Source: a virus (lineage: Duplodnaviria > Caudoviricetes). Taken from it: DNA of 64,000 nt. The DNA is taken from positions 1 through 64,000 of the IMG/VR virus record IMGVR_UViG_3300044693_000261; one strand, given 5' to 3'. A program made the position numbers and the translations under genes. This document shows positions 44,158-53,975 of this stretch, in pieces. How positions within the stretch are numbered: position 1 is the first letter of the stretch; each line of letters opens with the position of its first letter. The notes under the pieces are model-generated. The model was given only the letters and a program-made list of their open reading frames with translations, had not been told where the DNA came from and did no database searches.

Positions 44158-44807
44158 CCGACACGATGCAGTCATCCACAACTTATCCACAGCCTGTGCA
44201 TGCCGCCGGCGCGGCCCGCGAGGAACTATCCCTGCGGATCTTCGACCTCGCCGACGCGCTGACCGAGCAGGCCAAGGCGGTGCGCTCGATCGCCGAGCAC
44301 GTCGAGGCCGGCAGGCCGTTGCAGCACCACGACGGCGCGACGTTCACCGCCGCCGAGGCCGTCGCCTGGGTGGCCGAGGCGCTGGAGGCCGTCACGAAGC
44401 GAGCCGACCTGTCCGCGCTCGTGCGCGACGCCGCGACACACGACGTGGCCGTCGCCCGCGCCACTGAGGCGAACTGGCTGATCGGCTCCGTGGAGCGCGA
44501 CTACGTGTCGGCGCTCAACGCGGTGTTGGCCTCGCCGGCCGAGGCCGTCGACGACCGGCAGCGCTGGCGCGGGCAGGCCGAGGCTTACCACGACATCGAC
44601 CGCGCGGTGCGGGCCCGACACAGCTTCCCCGCGCCGATGCTGCGCAACCGGGGATGGCGCGAGCTCAACGGCGTCTACAGCGATGCCGACATCGCCGGAT
44701 TCCGACATGGCCACGACGCGCAGGCCGAGGCCGGGCGCGACACCGCCGCCGGTGTGTTCGCCGCCGGTCCGGACGACCTGACCGACCTGGCGGCCGACAA
44801 TGGCTGA
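44154..44807 (+). CDS. hypothetical protein
   Basis: GTGA overlap. Confidence 0.6.
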   Translation: MTDTMQSSTTYPQPVHAAGAAREELSLRIFDLADALTEQAKAVRSIAEHVEAGRPLQHHDGATFTAAEAVAWVAEALEAVTKRADLSALVRDAATHDVAVARATEANWLIGSVERDYVSALNAVLASPAEAVDDRQRWRGQAEAYHDIDRAVRARHSFPAPMLRNRGWRELNGVYSDADIAGFRHGHDAQAEAGRDTAAGVFAAGPDDLTDLAADNG

Positions 44808-45366
44808 CGACGCCGAGCTGGAGATCGATCTCAACCGGCGCATCGAGCGCGAGTCGGCGGACGTGGCCGAGGCGTTCGTGCGCAGCATGGGTGGCATTCG
44901 CGACTCGGTCGCCGCCGAGCGGCTGCGCAACAGCATCACTCGGGCGACCAGGCACGCGGTGGCGCGGGAGATCATGGCGTGGCTGGAGTCGGGCGTCTAC
45001 CGCAGTCACGGCGCGGTCGGCGCGTGGGAGCTGGGCGACCGTCTCGCGCTGCTGACCGACACCGCGCCCGACGACTGGCACCAGCACCCGGGCGCGAGCC
45101 TGCGCAGGCTGTACGCCGACGGCGGCGTGTCCGTCGACGGCCAGTGGGTGCCGTTCCGCGCGATGGCCACGGAGACGGTGCGGGCGGAGATGCTGGGCCA
45201 GCTGCACGCCGGTCTGGGTACGACGGCGGCGCAGCCCTCGACACCGGGGCCGAGCGCGCGGCCGTGGATCACGGTCTCGGCGCTGCGCAAGCTCGGCGTG
45301 TCCACCGACCTCGGCCATCTGCGCGAGTTCTTCGGCGCGGTCGACGTCGAGGTGGTGGATCGGTGA
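44800..45366 (+). CDS. hypothetical protein
   Basis: Coupled operon. Confidence 0.6.
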   Translation: MADDAELEIDLNRRIERESADVAEAFVRSMGGIRDSVAAERLRNSITRATRHAVAREIMAWLESGVYRSHGAVGAWELGDRLALLTDTAPDDWHQHPGASLRRLYADGGVSVDGQWVPFRAMATETVRAEMLGQLHAGLGTTAAQPSTPGPSARPWITVSALRKLGVSTDLGHLREFFGAVDVEVVDR

Positions 45367-45701
45367 CGCGCGCCTACCCGACACACGTGACCGACGCGGT
45401 CGCGTTCGTGGAGATGACGCCGCCGGTCGCAGCGATGTTCGCGGCGATCGTGCGGCAGGCCGCCCGCTACGGCGTCAAGGAGTTGAGCGAGCAGGTGCGC
45501 GCGATGACCGAGGTCTACGAGGACCCGGCGGGCCGCGCGGCAATGGTCGACTTCGCCAAGCGCAACCTGTACAGCAGCGCGGCCAGGAACGGCTACGCGG
45601 TGCTGACCTGCACGGTCGACGAGTGGACCAATCCGAGCGGCGGCTGGCGCACCACCGTGCGGGTCAGCGCTGTGCCCCTGAGCGACGTGGAGCGACCGTG
45701 A
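45363..45701 (+). CDS. hypothetical protein
   Basis: GTGA overlap. Confidence 0.55.
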   Translation: MTRAYPTHVTDAVAFVEMTPPVAAMFAAIVRQAARYGVKELSEQVRAMTEVYEDPAGRAAMVDFAKRNLYSSAARNGYAVLTCTVDEWTNPSGGWRTTVRVSAVPLSDVERP

Positions 45702-46087
45702 CCGAGCAGGCGACCCGAGCGTTGTCGGCGGCCGAGATCGGCCGCTCGCTCAATACGGCAGTCAAGCCCCGCAGCGCTGGCGTCGAAGGCGAGGTCTACC
45801 CCGCCGACGAGACGCAGGCCGCCGCGATCGTGGTGGAGTGGTTGAACCAGTCCGGTCTACGCGAGGCTGTTGAGGACCGCATCCTGGCCGGCTCGCACGA
45901 GATGGACATCGCCCGCGCGTTGGCCGCCTACCTGGTGCTGAAGCTGACCGACGACGGCCGTTTCACTTTCCCGTCGGTGGAGGAGCTGATGGCCGAGCTG
46001 GGCGAGCGGACGGTGACGTTCACCGCCGACGACCAGGTGATGGTGCTTCAGGTGCACCCCGAGGGCGAGGAACCCGGCGGTGAGTGA
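45698..46087 (+). CDS. hypothetical protein
   Basis: GTGA overlap. Confidence 0.55.
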   Translation: MTEQATRALSAAEIGRSLNTAVKPRSAGVEGEVYPADETQAAAIVVEWLNQSGLREAVEDRILAGSHEMDIARALAAYLVLKLTDDGRFTFPSVEELMAELGERTVTFTADDQVMVLQVHPEGEEPGGE

Positions 46088-46310
46088 CGACAACGCCGAG
46101 GTCACCGACGGTGGCTACAACTTCGTCACCGAGTCGTTCGGCCTGGTCGACACCGGTGCCGGTTGGATGATCGAGGCCAAGGACGGCTCGGGCGAGGCGA
46201 TCATGGTGCCCGAGGTCGAACTGTGGCGGCTGGCGGACGTTCTGTGTCAGGCGCACGTCGCCGCCGGCCGCAAGCGAGGGGAGGCCAAGCGCCGTGTCGC
46301 GAAACGCTGA
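46080..46310 (+). CDS. hypothetical protein
   Basis: GAGG RBS, coupled. Confidence 0.55.
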   Translation: MSDDNAEVTDGGYNFVTESFGLVDTGAGWMIEAKDGSGEAIMVPEVELWRLADVLCQAHVAAGRKRGEAKRRVAKR

Positions 46311-46899
46311 ACCGGTCGCGCCCCGGATCTGGTGGTCGCCGACCCAGGGTGTGATCACCGACGGTCAGGGCTCCGGTCCGGAGCTGCCGGCCGACGCGGT
46401 GCCGTATCGACCGGCGGACATTCGGGCTGGCCTGGAGCTGGGGCGCGCTGCCGGCGCTTCCTGGCCGATGGCCAAGCCGCCGCGTGTGTGGTGGTCGGCC
46501 GAGCGCGGCGGCCTGATCGTCGGCAACCCGGACATGGATCCAGCTGACTACGGCTCGATCCCGGCTGACGCCGTGCCGTACGGGTTCAACCCGAAGCCGG
46601 ATCCGGACCTGATCCGGTGGTGCGAGTATCCGGACTGCCTGGCGTCCTTCCATGCGATCAGCGGACCGGCCGAGAACGGCTGGCTGTACCGCAAGGGCCG
46701 GGGCGTCGGCGGCGCGCTACTGCTGTGTCCGGCACATCGGGACGATTCGCACCTGATCAGCTCGGAGGGTTTCACCCGCGATGATCCGACCGTGACCGTG
46801 GTGTGCGACTGCGGCGACCGGGCGGTGATCAAGCCGACGACCGGCTGGGCGATGCGGCAGTGGTGGGCGGCGCATGTGCGCACCGTTGACCGGCCGTGA
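46294..46899 (+). CDS. hypothetical protein with an internal duplication
   Basis: PRxWWS...PADAVPY present twice; GGAGG RBS. Confidence 0.6.
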   Translation: MSRNAEPVAPRIWWSPTQGVITDGQGSGPELPADAVPYRPADIRAGLELGRAAGASWPMAKPPRVWWSAERGGLIVGNPDMDPADYGSIPADAVPYGFNPKPDPDLIRWCEYPDCLASFHAISGPAENGWLYRKGRGVGGALLLCPAHRDDSHLISSEGFTRDDPTVTVVCDCGDRAVIKPTTGWAMRQWWAAHVRTVDRP

Positions 46900-46948
46900 C
46901 ATGGGTGAGTATTCTCGATGTGTTCCGGCAGTGAGAGGTAGGTGAACC

Positions 46949-47314
46949 ATGGACATGACCCCTGGCAAGCGGCGCTCGTTCAAGCCGATCCCGTTCGGCT
47001 TCGACAGTCGCCCCTGCGCGCGCTGCGATGAGCGCATGGCCATCGGCAAGCAGGTGCCCAAGGGGGTGCGCCGGCACGTGGCTCGCCACCTATGCAACGG
47101 CTGCTACCCGACGGTCGCCAAGGCGGGTGAACTCAACCAGTTCGGACGGATCACCTGCGACAGTGACCAGCTCGCTTCGCGGGTCGAGGCGCTGCTGGCC
47201 GAGGGCAAGACCCTGGCTGACTGCGCTCGGATCTTCGCCACGCCGCGCACGACCTTGGACAGCGCCCTGCGTCGGCACCGCGCGCTGGTCGAGAACGGAG
47301 AGTCGCATGCCTGA
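46949..47314 (+). CDS. zinc-finger plus HTH putative regulator
   Basis: CARC...LCNGCY; EGKTLADCARIFATPRTTLDSALRR; promoter motif upstream. Confidence 0.65.
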   Translation: MDMTPGKRRSFKPIPFGFDSRPCARCDERMAIGKQVPKGVRRHVARHLCNGCYPTVAKAGELNQFGRITCDSDQLASRVEALLAEGKTLADCARIFATPRTTLDSALRRHRALVENGESHA

Positions 47315-47747
47315 GATCGTGGCCTGCCGGTGGTGCACCCATCCGGTGCCGCAGACCCCCAAGGGAGTGCACCGCAAGCACGCCGTCGACGGCTCGCTGG
47401 TGTTCCGCACCGAGGCCGGCGACGACGGCAAGCCGCGCCCGCCGATGCTGCCCTGCGATGGCTCCGGCTTGGTCAACCCGCCCGAGGGCGAGCCTCTGCC
47501 GGTCGCGTGGGTGACGCTGCGGCCGTGCGGCTGCGTCGAGGGTGTCGCCTACCTGTGGGCGTACGGCACTCGTCGCGCCGCCGCGCGCGAGATGGGCGCG
47601 ACCGACGGCTCCCGGCTGCTGGTGTGCGTCGACAGGGCTGGCCACCTCGCGGCCGTCGACAGCCTGCGCGCCCACAGCCTGGACAACCAGGGGCACCAGC
47701 ATCCCGAGCTGACGTACCTGCCGCACCCGCTGGACGGTGCGCGGTGA
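47307..47747 (+). CDS. hypothetical protein
   Basis: GGAG RBS; CRWC...H...CDGSG. Confidence 0.6.
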   Translation: MPEIVACRWCTHPVPQTPKGVHRKHAVDGSLVFRTEAGDDGKPRPPMLPCDGSGLVNPPEGEPLPVAWVTLRPCGCVEGVAYLWAYGTRRAAAREMGATDGSRLLVCVDRAGHLAAVDSLRAHSLDNQGHQHPELTYLPHPLDGAR

Positions 47748-48262
47748 ACAGTCGGGCCGAGCAGCTGGCCGTCGGCTGGGAGCGTATGACCGGTTCGGTG
47801 CATCCCGAGCAGGCCAAGATCTTCCGGTTGTGCGCCAAGCAGTTGCGTGCCGCGTTCGACGGGTCCGACTTCGGCCTGTCGCGCGCGGCGTGGGTCGTGG
47901 TCTGCCAGGACTGCGACCACGCGCCGCACGAGGGTGAGCAGTGCCGCAAGGCGTCCAACCCCGAGAACCCGACGCTGTGCGATTGCACATCCGACAAGCT
48001 CGCGCAGATGCTGGCCTCCGACGAGGTGCTGCTGGCGGTGCTGACCGAACAGGTCGCCGAGGAGGTCGCCCGCGCGTTGTCGGCCGCCAAGCGGGGCGAT
48101 GACCGCCAGTGGCGCACGCTGCCCCGATTCATGCAGTGCACCATCGCGCGCGGCTATCTGCGGGACTTCGCGGTGTCGCTGCCCATCCTGCTGCGCCACT
48201 GGCGTGGCCTGGTGTCCGGCGAGGGCTGGATCGACCGTGTCAAAGCTGAGGAGAACTCGTGA
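47744..48262 (+). CDS. hypothetical protein
   Basis: GTGA overlap; C.H..H....C...C.C. Confidence 0.6.
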   Translation: MNSRAEQLAVGWERMTGSVHPEQAKIFRLCAKQLRAAFDGSDFGLSRAAWVVVCQDCDHAPHEGEQCRKASNPENPTLCDCTSDKLAQMLASDEVLLAVLTEQVAEEVARALSAAKRGDDRQWRTLPRFMQCTIARGYLRDFAVSLPILLRHWRGLVSGEGWIDRVKAEENS

Positions 48263-48906
48263 CCGACACCACCGTCTCGCTGTCGGCGATCGCCGACGCG
48301 CTCGTGCGCCTCGGCGACCACGCGCTGGCGCTGGGCCGCATCGATCGCACCTACTGCTACCACCCCGACCGGCGGCGCAAGGAGAACGTCGCCGAGCACA
48401 CGGTGATGCTGGGCTGGATCGCGCCGGCACTGGCGCAGCAGCTGTTCCCCGAACTCGACCGTGGCCTGATCGCGCAACTCGCCCTCGTGCACGACGCGGT
48501 CGAGATCTACGCGGGCGACACCCCGACGTTGCGCATCACGGCGGCGGAGCGCCTGGCCAAGGCCGACCGCGAGCGCGCGGCCGCCAACCGGATCCGCGAG
48601 GAGTTCCTGGCCACCCTGCCGTGGTTCACCGCGTTGGTCGACGAGTACGAGTCGCAGCGCCTGCCGGAGTCCCGCTACGTCAAGGCGGTCGACAAGCTGC
48701 TGCCCAAGATCGTGCACCTGCTCGACGGCCTGCACGGCCTGCACGAGCAGGGCATGGACCGCGCCGAGCTGACCAGGGTGCTGACGCAGCAGGACCTGGA
48801 CATGCGGGGCTACGCCGGCGAGTACGACGCGCTGTTCGCGATCCGACACGAGCTCGTGTCGGCCGTCCTGGGCCATCCCAGCTGGCAGGCTGCCGATCAT
48901 GCCTGA
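48259..48906 (+). CDS. HD-domain phosphohydrolase (YfbR / 5'-deoxynucleotidase-like)
   Basis: ENVAEHT, ALVHDAVEIYAGD, EYE...ESRYVKAVDKL. Confidence 0.88.
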   Translation: MTDTTVSLSAIADALVRLGDHALALGRIDRTYCYHPDRRRKENVAEHTVMLGWIAPALAQQLFPELDRGLIAQLALVHDAVEIYAGDTPTLRITAAERLAKADRERAAANRIREEFLATLPWFTALVDEYESQRLPESRYVKAVDKLLPKIVHLLDGLHGLHEQGMDRAELTRVLTQQDLDMRGYAGEYDALFAIRHELVSAVLGHPSWQAADHA

Positions 48907-49147
48907 ACAGGACTTCGAGACCACACCGTCCGGCTGGACGCTCGTACTGACCGACTGGTGGAACGCCAGCGCGCGGGTCACCATCACCCTCAAATCCGGG
49001 ATTCAGTTCACCGGCGACCTGGTCAAGCCGCCGCGCGACGAGGCGAACTCGCTGGGCACCGTGACGCTGGTCGACAGCCGCCCGCGTGTCGAGTCCAAGC
49101 ACACGGTGGCGTTGGCCGAGATCGCCGCGATCACGGCAGCGAAATGA
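48899..49147 (+). CDS. small Sm/Hfq-like-fold hypothetical protein
   Basis: VTITLKSGIQFTGDL...HTVALAEIAAI. Confidence 0.5.
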   Translation: MPEQDFETTPSGWTLVLTDWWNASARVTITLKSGIQFTGDLVKPPRDEANSLGTVTLVDSRPRVESKHTVALAEIAAITAAK

Positions 49148-49322
49148 GGATCCGCCGCTGCGCGTGGTGCGCGGTCGACCTGCGGCCATGGCAGTGGCGG
49201 CACTGCCGGCAGTGTCGGCGCGCCCTGCTCGGCGACGCCGGCCTCTACCTGCGCGGCGGCGGCCCGCCGTTCCCGTTCGGGTCGCGGCGCAACCAGAAGC
49301 AGCCATCCCGGAGGGAGACACG

Positions 49323-49574
49323 GTGAAGATCAGACGCGGCCAGCAGGCCGGAACGCAGTACACGCCGCACCAGTTCGCCAACAACTGGATCAGCGTCGAG
49401 GAAGCCTCGCACGTCTACAACCCGTTGCAGGTCGAACTGGAGACCGAGAACGAGGTGCAGTGGTTCCTCAACCAGGACGACCCGCGCAACGTCGGCACGT
49501 TCTGGGACGAGTGGGAGTTGGACCGCGAACAGCGGATCTTTCGCCGGCGCGAGCCCGCCAAGGAGTCCGAGTGA
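49323..49574 (+). CDS. hypothetical protein
   Basis: GAGGGAG RBS. Confidence 0.6.
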   Translation: MKIRRGQQAGTQYTPHQFANNWISVEEASHVYNPLQVELETENEVQWFLNQDDPRNVGTFWDEWELDREQRIFRRREPAKESE

Positions 49575-50164
49575 TCGTCGTCGCCGGTGGCCGAGGGGCC
49601 GGGAAGTCGACCAAGCTGGCCGCCTGGGTGCTGAACGGCCATCCGGTGCGGGTCTGGCCGTACTGGTCGCGGATCGCGGTGGTCAGCAACGCGACGTTGC
49701 GCGATCACTTCGTGGTGTCGTTCGGGCTGCCCGAGCACGTCGTCTACAGCGCCGAGGACTTCCGCGACAAGATGCGCGGCAAGCTGACCGGCAAGATGCG
49801 CGAGCAGGTGGAGATCGGCGTGGATGAGCCGGCCATCCTGCTGTCGCACGTGCTGCGTCTGCCGGTCGGCCTGCTGGCCACCGAGGCCGATGAGGTCTGG
49901 ACCACCGCCGGTGCGCTACTGGCCGGTAACGGACAGGGCGCGGACTTCGAACGCGTCGGCGGCCTCGGTATGGTGCCTGGCCGCGTCGAGCTGTCCACCG
50001 GCTCGGCGATCGCCACCGACGGCGACATGCGCGCGATCGAGCACGCCCGCGAGATGTTCCGCACCGGCGGCCCGCGTGCCGAGCTGGCCCCCGGCCTGTT
50101 TCCCACCGCCGAGCCCGGCCATCCCCGATTCGACCGCATCCACGTGGAAGGAACCCAGTCGTGA
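49571..50164 (+). CDS. small P-loop NTPase-like protein
   Basis: N-terminal AGGRGAGKST and IGVDE. Confidence 0.6.
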   Translation: MIVVAGGRGAGKSTKLAAWVLNGHPVRVWPYWSRIAVVSNATLRDHFVVSFGLPEHVVYSAEDFRDKMRGKLTGKMREQVEIGVDEPAILLSHVLRLPVGLLATEADEVWTTAGALLAGNGQGADFERVGGLGMVPGRVELSTGSAIATDGDMRAIEHAREMFRTGGPRAELAPGLFPTAEPGHPRFDRIHVEGTQS

Positions 50165-50592
50165 CCAAACCTGACCGTGAGGCGAGCGTGACCGCCTCGA
50201 TCCCGCTATCCGTTCCGGAGCCCGATGTCCCCGCTGAGCCCGGCTCGCCGACCGCCGAGGCCGAGCTGGCTGAGCGGGAGCGCGCCGAGGAGGAGGCCGA
50301 GGCGAACTTCTGGTCGTGGTGCGAGGTGGACCGGGCCCGCAAGGTGGCCGCGATCGTCACCGACTACCACAGCCAATTCGTGCCGGCGCTGGCGCGGGGG
50401 CTGCGCGCGGCGGACGCGGCGGCGATCCCACCCGAGCAGATCGCCGAGCAGATGAGCAGGGTCTTTCAGCACATCCTCGCGGCTCTGGCGGGCGAGCAGG
50501 ACCCGGTCAAGCTGGGGATCGAGCACAGCCGCGAGACGATCGGGCGCGTGCACGTCGCGATCACCAGCCCGCCGGGGGGGCTGTCGCGGTGA
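50161..50592 (+). CDS. hypothetical protein
   Basis: GTGA overlap. Confidence 0.55.
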   Translation: MTKPDREASVTASIPLSVPEPDVPAEPGSPTAEAELAERERAEEEAEANFWSWCEVDRARKVAAIVTDYHSQFVPALARGLRAADAAAIPPEQIAEQMSRVFQHILAALAGEQDPVKLGIEHSRETIGRVHVAITSPPGGLSR

Positions 50593-50876
50593 CCGCGATG
50601 CTGACCAGGTCGACCGGGGAGCTGCCCGAGCACGGCACTCGGGCCCGCTACGACGCGCCGCATCACTGCCACTGCGGCACCTGTCGGCGCGGCAACCGGG
50701 AACGGGCGGCCGCCGCCAAGGCCCGGCGGCTGGCCACACGCGAGTGGGTGGACGCCCCGGGCGGCGGCTACTGGTTCGCGCACTTGGCCAGTAAGCACGA
50801 CGCCAGCACGTACGCGAACTGGGGCTGTGGGTGTCCCGAGTGCAAAGCGGATCACTCGGGACGCCTGAAGGCGTGA
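50589..50876 (+). CDS. actinophage HG(T)..Y...C.C..C repeat protein
   Basis: HGTRARY...CHCGTCR and HDASTYANWGCGCPECK. Confidence 0.65.
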   Translation: MTAMLTRSTGELPEHGTRARYDAPHHCHCGTCRRGNRERAAAAKARRLATREWVDAPGGGYWFAHLASKHDASTYANWGCGCPECKADHSGRLKA

Positions 50877-50940
50877 CGCGTGGGGGCTTGTGCCCCTACG
50901 CACTCTCTGGTTATGCTGCATGTGTTCCGGCGCACGAGAG

Positions 50941-51085
50941 GTAGCACCAACGCAGGGACGCTCGACATGGCGAAGCCCCCGACCTGCGGGGGCTTGGAAG
51001 TGGCGGCCGTCCTTCGACGACGATCGACCTGGAAGGTTGCCCACAGGGGGCAACCCATGGACGACCGCCGCGCACATGGTGCCAC
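50941..51085 (+). ncRNA. candidate multi-stem RNA directly after a conserved promoter
   Basis: Closing helix GTAGCACCA/TGGTGCCAC, with hairpins AAGCCCCCG/CGGGGGCTT, GGCGGCCGTCC/GGACGACCGCC and GGTTGCCC/GGGCAACC. Confidence 0.5.
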
Positions 51086-51127
51086 ATCTGGTGTTCCACC
51101 CGCCAGCACAGCCAGGGAGTGGTCTCG

Positions 51128-51247
51128 ATGCAGCGCAACACCAAGGGGATCCGCCGCACCGCGCGCAACCGCGCCGATCGGCGACTCGCCGCCAGCCAGC
51201 AGGCGATGCTGGTGCTGGCCGCCGAGCTGGCGGGCAACCGCCGCTGA
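51128..51247 (+). CDS. 39-aa Arg-rich peptide
   Basis: GGGAG RBS; followed by a hairpin at about 51253-51293. Confidence 0.4.
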   Translation: MQRNTKGIRRTARNRADRRLAASQQAMLVLAAELAGNRR

Positions 51248-51315
51248 ACCGCGACAACGACCCTGCGCCTCTCCTCGGTGCAGGGTCGTTGTCCTACATG
51301 GAGGAAGGGAACCGC

Positions 51316-51795
51316 ATGGCCGAGCTGAGCTACACCCAACCGCTGGACGTCGGCGACATGGTCGCGCTGCTGCACCACGCCGCCGACGTCGACGTGCCGA
51401 TCGTCGGCATCAGCCGCGTCGACGCCGATCCGTACGTGGTCGGCCCGGTCATCACGGTGACCATCGGCGAGATCGGCACCATCTCCGAGGACGGCTACCG
51501 CACCGACGGCATCAGACCGTTCGTGACCTTTGCCGAACGCCTCGGCGTGCAGGAAGTGCTGATCACACCGCTACGCGAGGGCTGCTACTGGACGCGCGCG
51601 TTCGGCAGCGTCGGCACGATCGCCGTCGAGTTCCAGACCGCCCGCAGCGACTACCCGCTGCTGCGCGACCTGTTCGAGGCCAACCAACCCATCCCCGAGG
51701 AGCAGGACCCGGCCGAGCCGTCGGTCATGCTGCCCCTCGCCCAGCTGGCGGCCGCGCTCGACGCCGCCACGACCAAGGAGGACACGACCCCGTGA
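51316..51795 (+). CDS. hypothetical protein
   Basis: GGAGGAAGGG RBS. Confidence 0.65.
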   Translation: MAELSYTQPLDVGDMVALLHHAADVDVPIVGISRVDADPYVVGPVITVTIGEIGTISEDGYRTDGIRPFVTFAERLGVQEVLITPLREGCYWTRAFGSVGTIAVEFQTARSDYPLLRDLFEANQPIPEEQDPAEPSVMLPLAQLAAALDAATTKEDTTP

Positions 51796-52286
51796 CCAAA
51801 CCCGACTACGTGCACACCGACGAGGACGACGCGCCGGAGGTGCTGATCACCGGCGAGCCGGTGACGGAGCAGCCGCCGACCGGCTGCGACTGCGAGGAGT
51901 TCATCGCGCGTGGCGCGCATAGCGTGCGCTGCTCGTGGTGGAACATTCACGAGCCGGTCAGCCGCGACCGGGACGGCGGCTACGCCGACTTCGCCGACGC
52001 GATGACCACCGGCATCGGCCGGCGGGACCCGCGCCTGCTGGCGGTCAAGGCCGACGCCGGTTGGATGGCCCGATTCCTGTCGATCGGCACCCTCGCGGCG
52101 GCGCTGATCAGCCTGTACACGGTCGCGATCTGGGCGGTGCAGCTCGCCTACGAGGCGAGCCCGTCGGCGTGGCTGGCGGGCCTGCGGCTGTTCCTGGTGC
52201 TGTTCGGGTTGCTGCTGGCGGTGGTGGTCGCCCTCGCGGCGGTCCGCTACAACCTGCGCCGGCACAGCAGCGCCGGCGGCCGCTGA
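51792..52286 (+). CDS. membrane protein
   Basis: Two C-terminal TM segments; AAGGAGG RBS. Confidence 0.6.
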   Translation: MTKPDYVHTDEDDAPEVLITGEPVTEQPPTGCDCEEFIARGAHSVRCSWWNIHEPVSRDRDGGYADFADAMTTGIGRRDPRLLAVKADAGWMARFLSIGTLAAALISLYTVAIWAVQLAYEASPSAWLAGLRLFLVLFGLLLAVVVALAAVRYNLRRHSSAGGR

Positions 52287-52365
52287 ACGGCCCGATCGAA
52301 AGCTTGTGTCCTAGGACGCTGCCGGTTATGCTCGCAGTGTTCCGAGCGTGAGAAGGAGGGCCGAC

Positions 52366-52953
52366 ATGGTCCCGCAGGACATCGCCGCCTTGGCCGCAGC
52401 CTACGGCGCACCCGCTCCGACCCCCGAACCGGCCGTCGACACCCGCGCCGCCCAGCGTGAGATCGTCGCCGGCGGCGTCGACATCGACAAGATGGTGCAG
52501 CTGGACAACCTCAAGCAGCGCAAGCGGGACCACGAGAGCGCGGCCGACGCGCTCGGCGAGGAGATCGCCGCGCTGGAGGCCGAACTGCTGGAGCAGTTCG
52601 CGCTGTCCGGCGAGCACGACAAGTCGCTGCCGACCGGCCGCCGAGGCTCGCCCCGCTGCCAGATCTGGGGCTCGCGCCGCCCCGAGGTTACCGACGCCGA
52701 GTACTTCGCCGCGTTCGCCGAGGCCGGCGAGGATTGGGCGGTGCTGGTCCGCGACAGCGTCAACGCGCGGTCGCTGGCCAGCAAGATCAAGGAGCTGGAC
52801 GAGACCGGCATGGCCGGTGCGCAGCAGCTGGAGGCGCTGCTGCCCGAGCCGATCCGCCGCGTCATCGCGCCGGTCGAGAAGTGGTCCATCGGCTTCAACA
52901 ACATCTCCAACGGGAGCAAGGGCAGGCGTCTGCCCCAGCGGACCGGCGAGTAG
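52366..52953 (+). CDS. phage replication-module coiled-coil protein
   Basis: AAGGAGG RBS; promoter with the palindrome upstream. Confidence 0.7.
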   Translation: MVPQDIAALAAAYGAPAPTPEPAVDTRAAQREIVAGGVDIDKMVQLDNLKQRKRDHESAADALGEEIAALEAELLEQFALSGEHDKSLPTGRRGSPRCQIWGSRRPEVTDAEYFAAFAEAGEDWAVLVRDSVNARSLASKIKELDETGMAGAQQLEALLPEPIRRVIAPVEKWSIGFNNISNGSKGRRLPQRTGE

Positions 52954-53084
52954 GTCTCCGCGCCCGCGTGTCGCGGGAACGGACCCGGCCCCCCCGGTCC
53001 TAGCCTGTGGTCTCCGGCTGGGGTGGGCTAAACCCCCTGGGCACCGTGTACCTGCGGTGTTCGACGACGATCGAAGGAGGCGGC

Positions 53085-53975
53085 GTGACCGACGTCGTGC
53101 CGAGCAACACCATCGACGCCATGCACGAGGCGGAGATGATTCAAGCGTTCGTGGAGAAGTACCCCACCCTCGACCCGAACAACAACCTGATCGAGTTGCT
53201 GGAGGACAACATCGGGTCGGCCGAGGAGGGTGGCGGCATCACCTTCTCCGACCTGGACCGGGTCACCGTCACCCCCGGCGGTACGCCGTCCTGGGTGGTG
53301 CCGGATCTGCTGGCCGGCGAAACCATGGTCAAGAAGCTCACCGGCATCGTCCTGCGGTGGGAGGCGTCCCGTGCGTACTGGGACTCCACCGACCTGTCGG
53401 ACTCCCCGCCGGACTGCTCCAGCCGCGACGGCGTCACGCCCATCCCGGGCGGCCTGTACGCCGAGGGTGGTGAACGGGCCGACGAGAACCCGCCGATGCC
53501 CTACACCGTGCGCGGCGTCGAGGTGGTCGACCCGGAGACCGGCCAGCCGGCCCTGCGGGTGTCGTGCGCCAACTGCCCGATGAACCAATTCGGCAGTTCG
53601 CTCAAGGGCACTGGCGGCAAGGGCTGCAAGGAGTCCCGACTGCTCTACCTGATGCGGCCGGGCGAGTCGCTGCCGACCATCGTCAGCCTGCCGCCGACCT
53701 CGATCCGACCGCTGAAGTCCTTCCTGCTCAAGGTCGGCGCGGCCAAGGGCAAGCGGTACAACCAGATCGAGATCGGGCTGTCGCTCAAGACGGTCACCAA
53801 GGGCGGCAACTCCTACGGCGAGGTCGTGCCCAACCTGGAACGCATCCTGGAGAACTCCGAGGCGGCGCTGGCCGAGGCGGCATCGGAGGAGTTCGCGGGC
53901 CTGCTTCAGCGCGCGCCGGTCCCGACGCTCGCGATCGCTTCCGGGGAGGGCACAACCACCCAGGCCGAGTCGTGA
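53085..53975 (+). CDS. conserved phage replication-module protein (putative ssDNA-binding or annealing)
   Basis: PPDCSSRDG, CANCPMNQFGS, GKGCKE.RLLYL, PTIVSLPPTS; precedes the primase. Confidence 0.65.
   Translation: MTDVVPSNTIDAMHEAEMIQAFVEKYPTLDPNNNLIELLEDNIGSAEEGGGITFSDLDRVTVTPGGTPSWVVPDLLAGETMVKKLTGIVLRWEASRAYWDSTDLSDSPPDCSSRDGVTPIPGGLYAEGGERADENPPMPYTVRGVEVVDPETGQPALRVSCANCPMNQFGSSLKGTGGKGCKESRLLYLMRPGESLPTIVSLPPTSIRPLKSFLLKVGAAKGKRYNQIEIGLSLKTVTKGGNSYGEVVPNLERILENSEAALAEAASEEFAGLLQRAPVPTLAIASGEGTTTQAES

Noticed and set aside
48259-48906. DatZ of a 2-aminoadenine (Z) genome system
   Set aside because: No PurZ, MazZ or DNA polymerase is present in the window, so a generic HD hydrolase is the simpler call.
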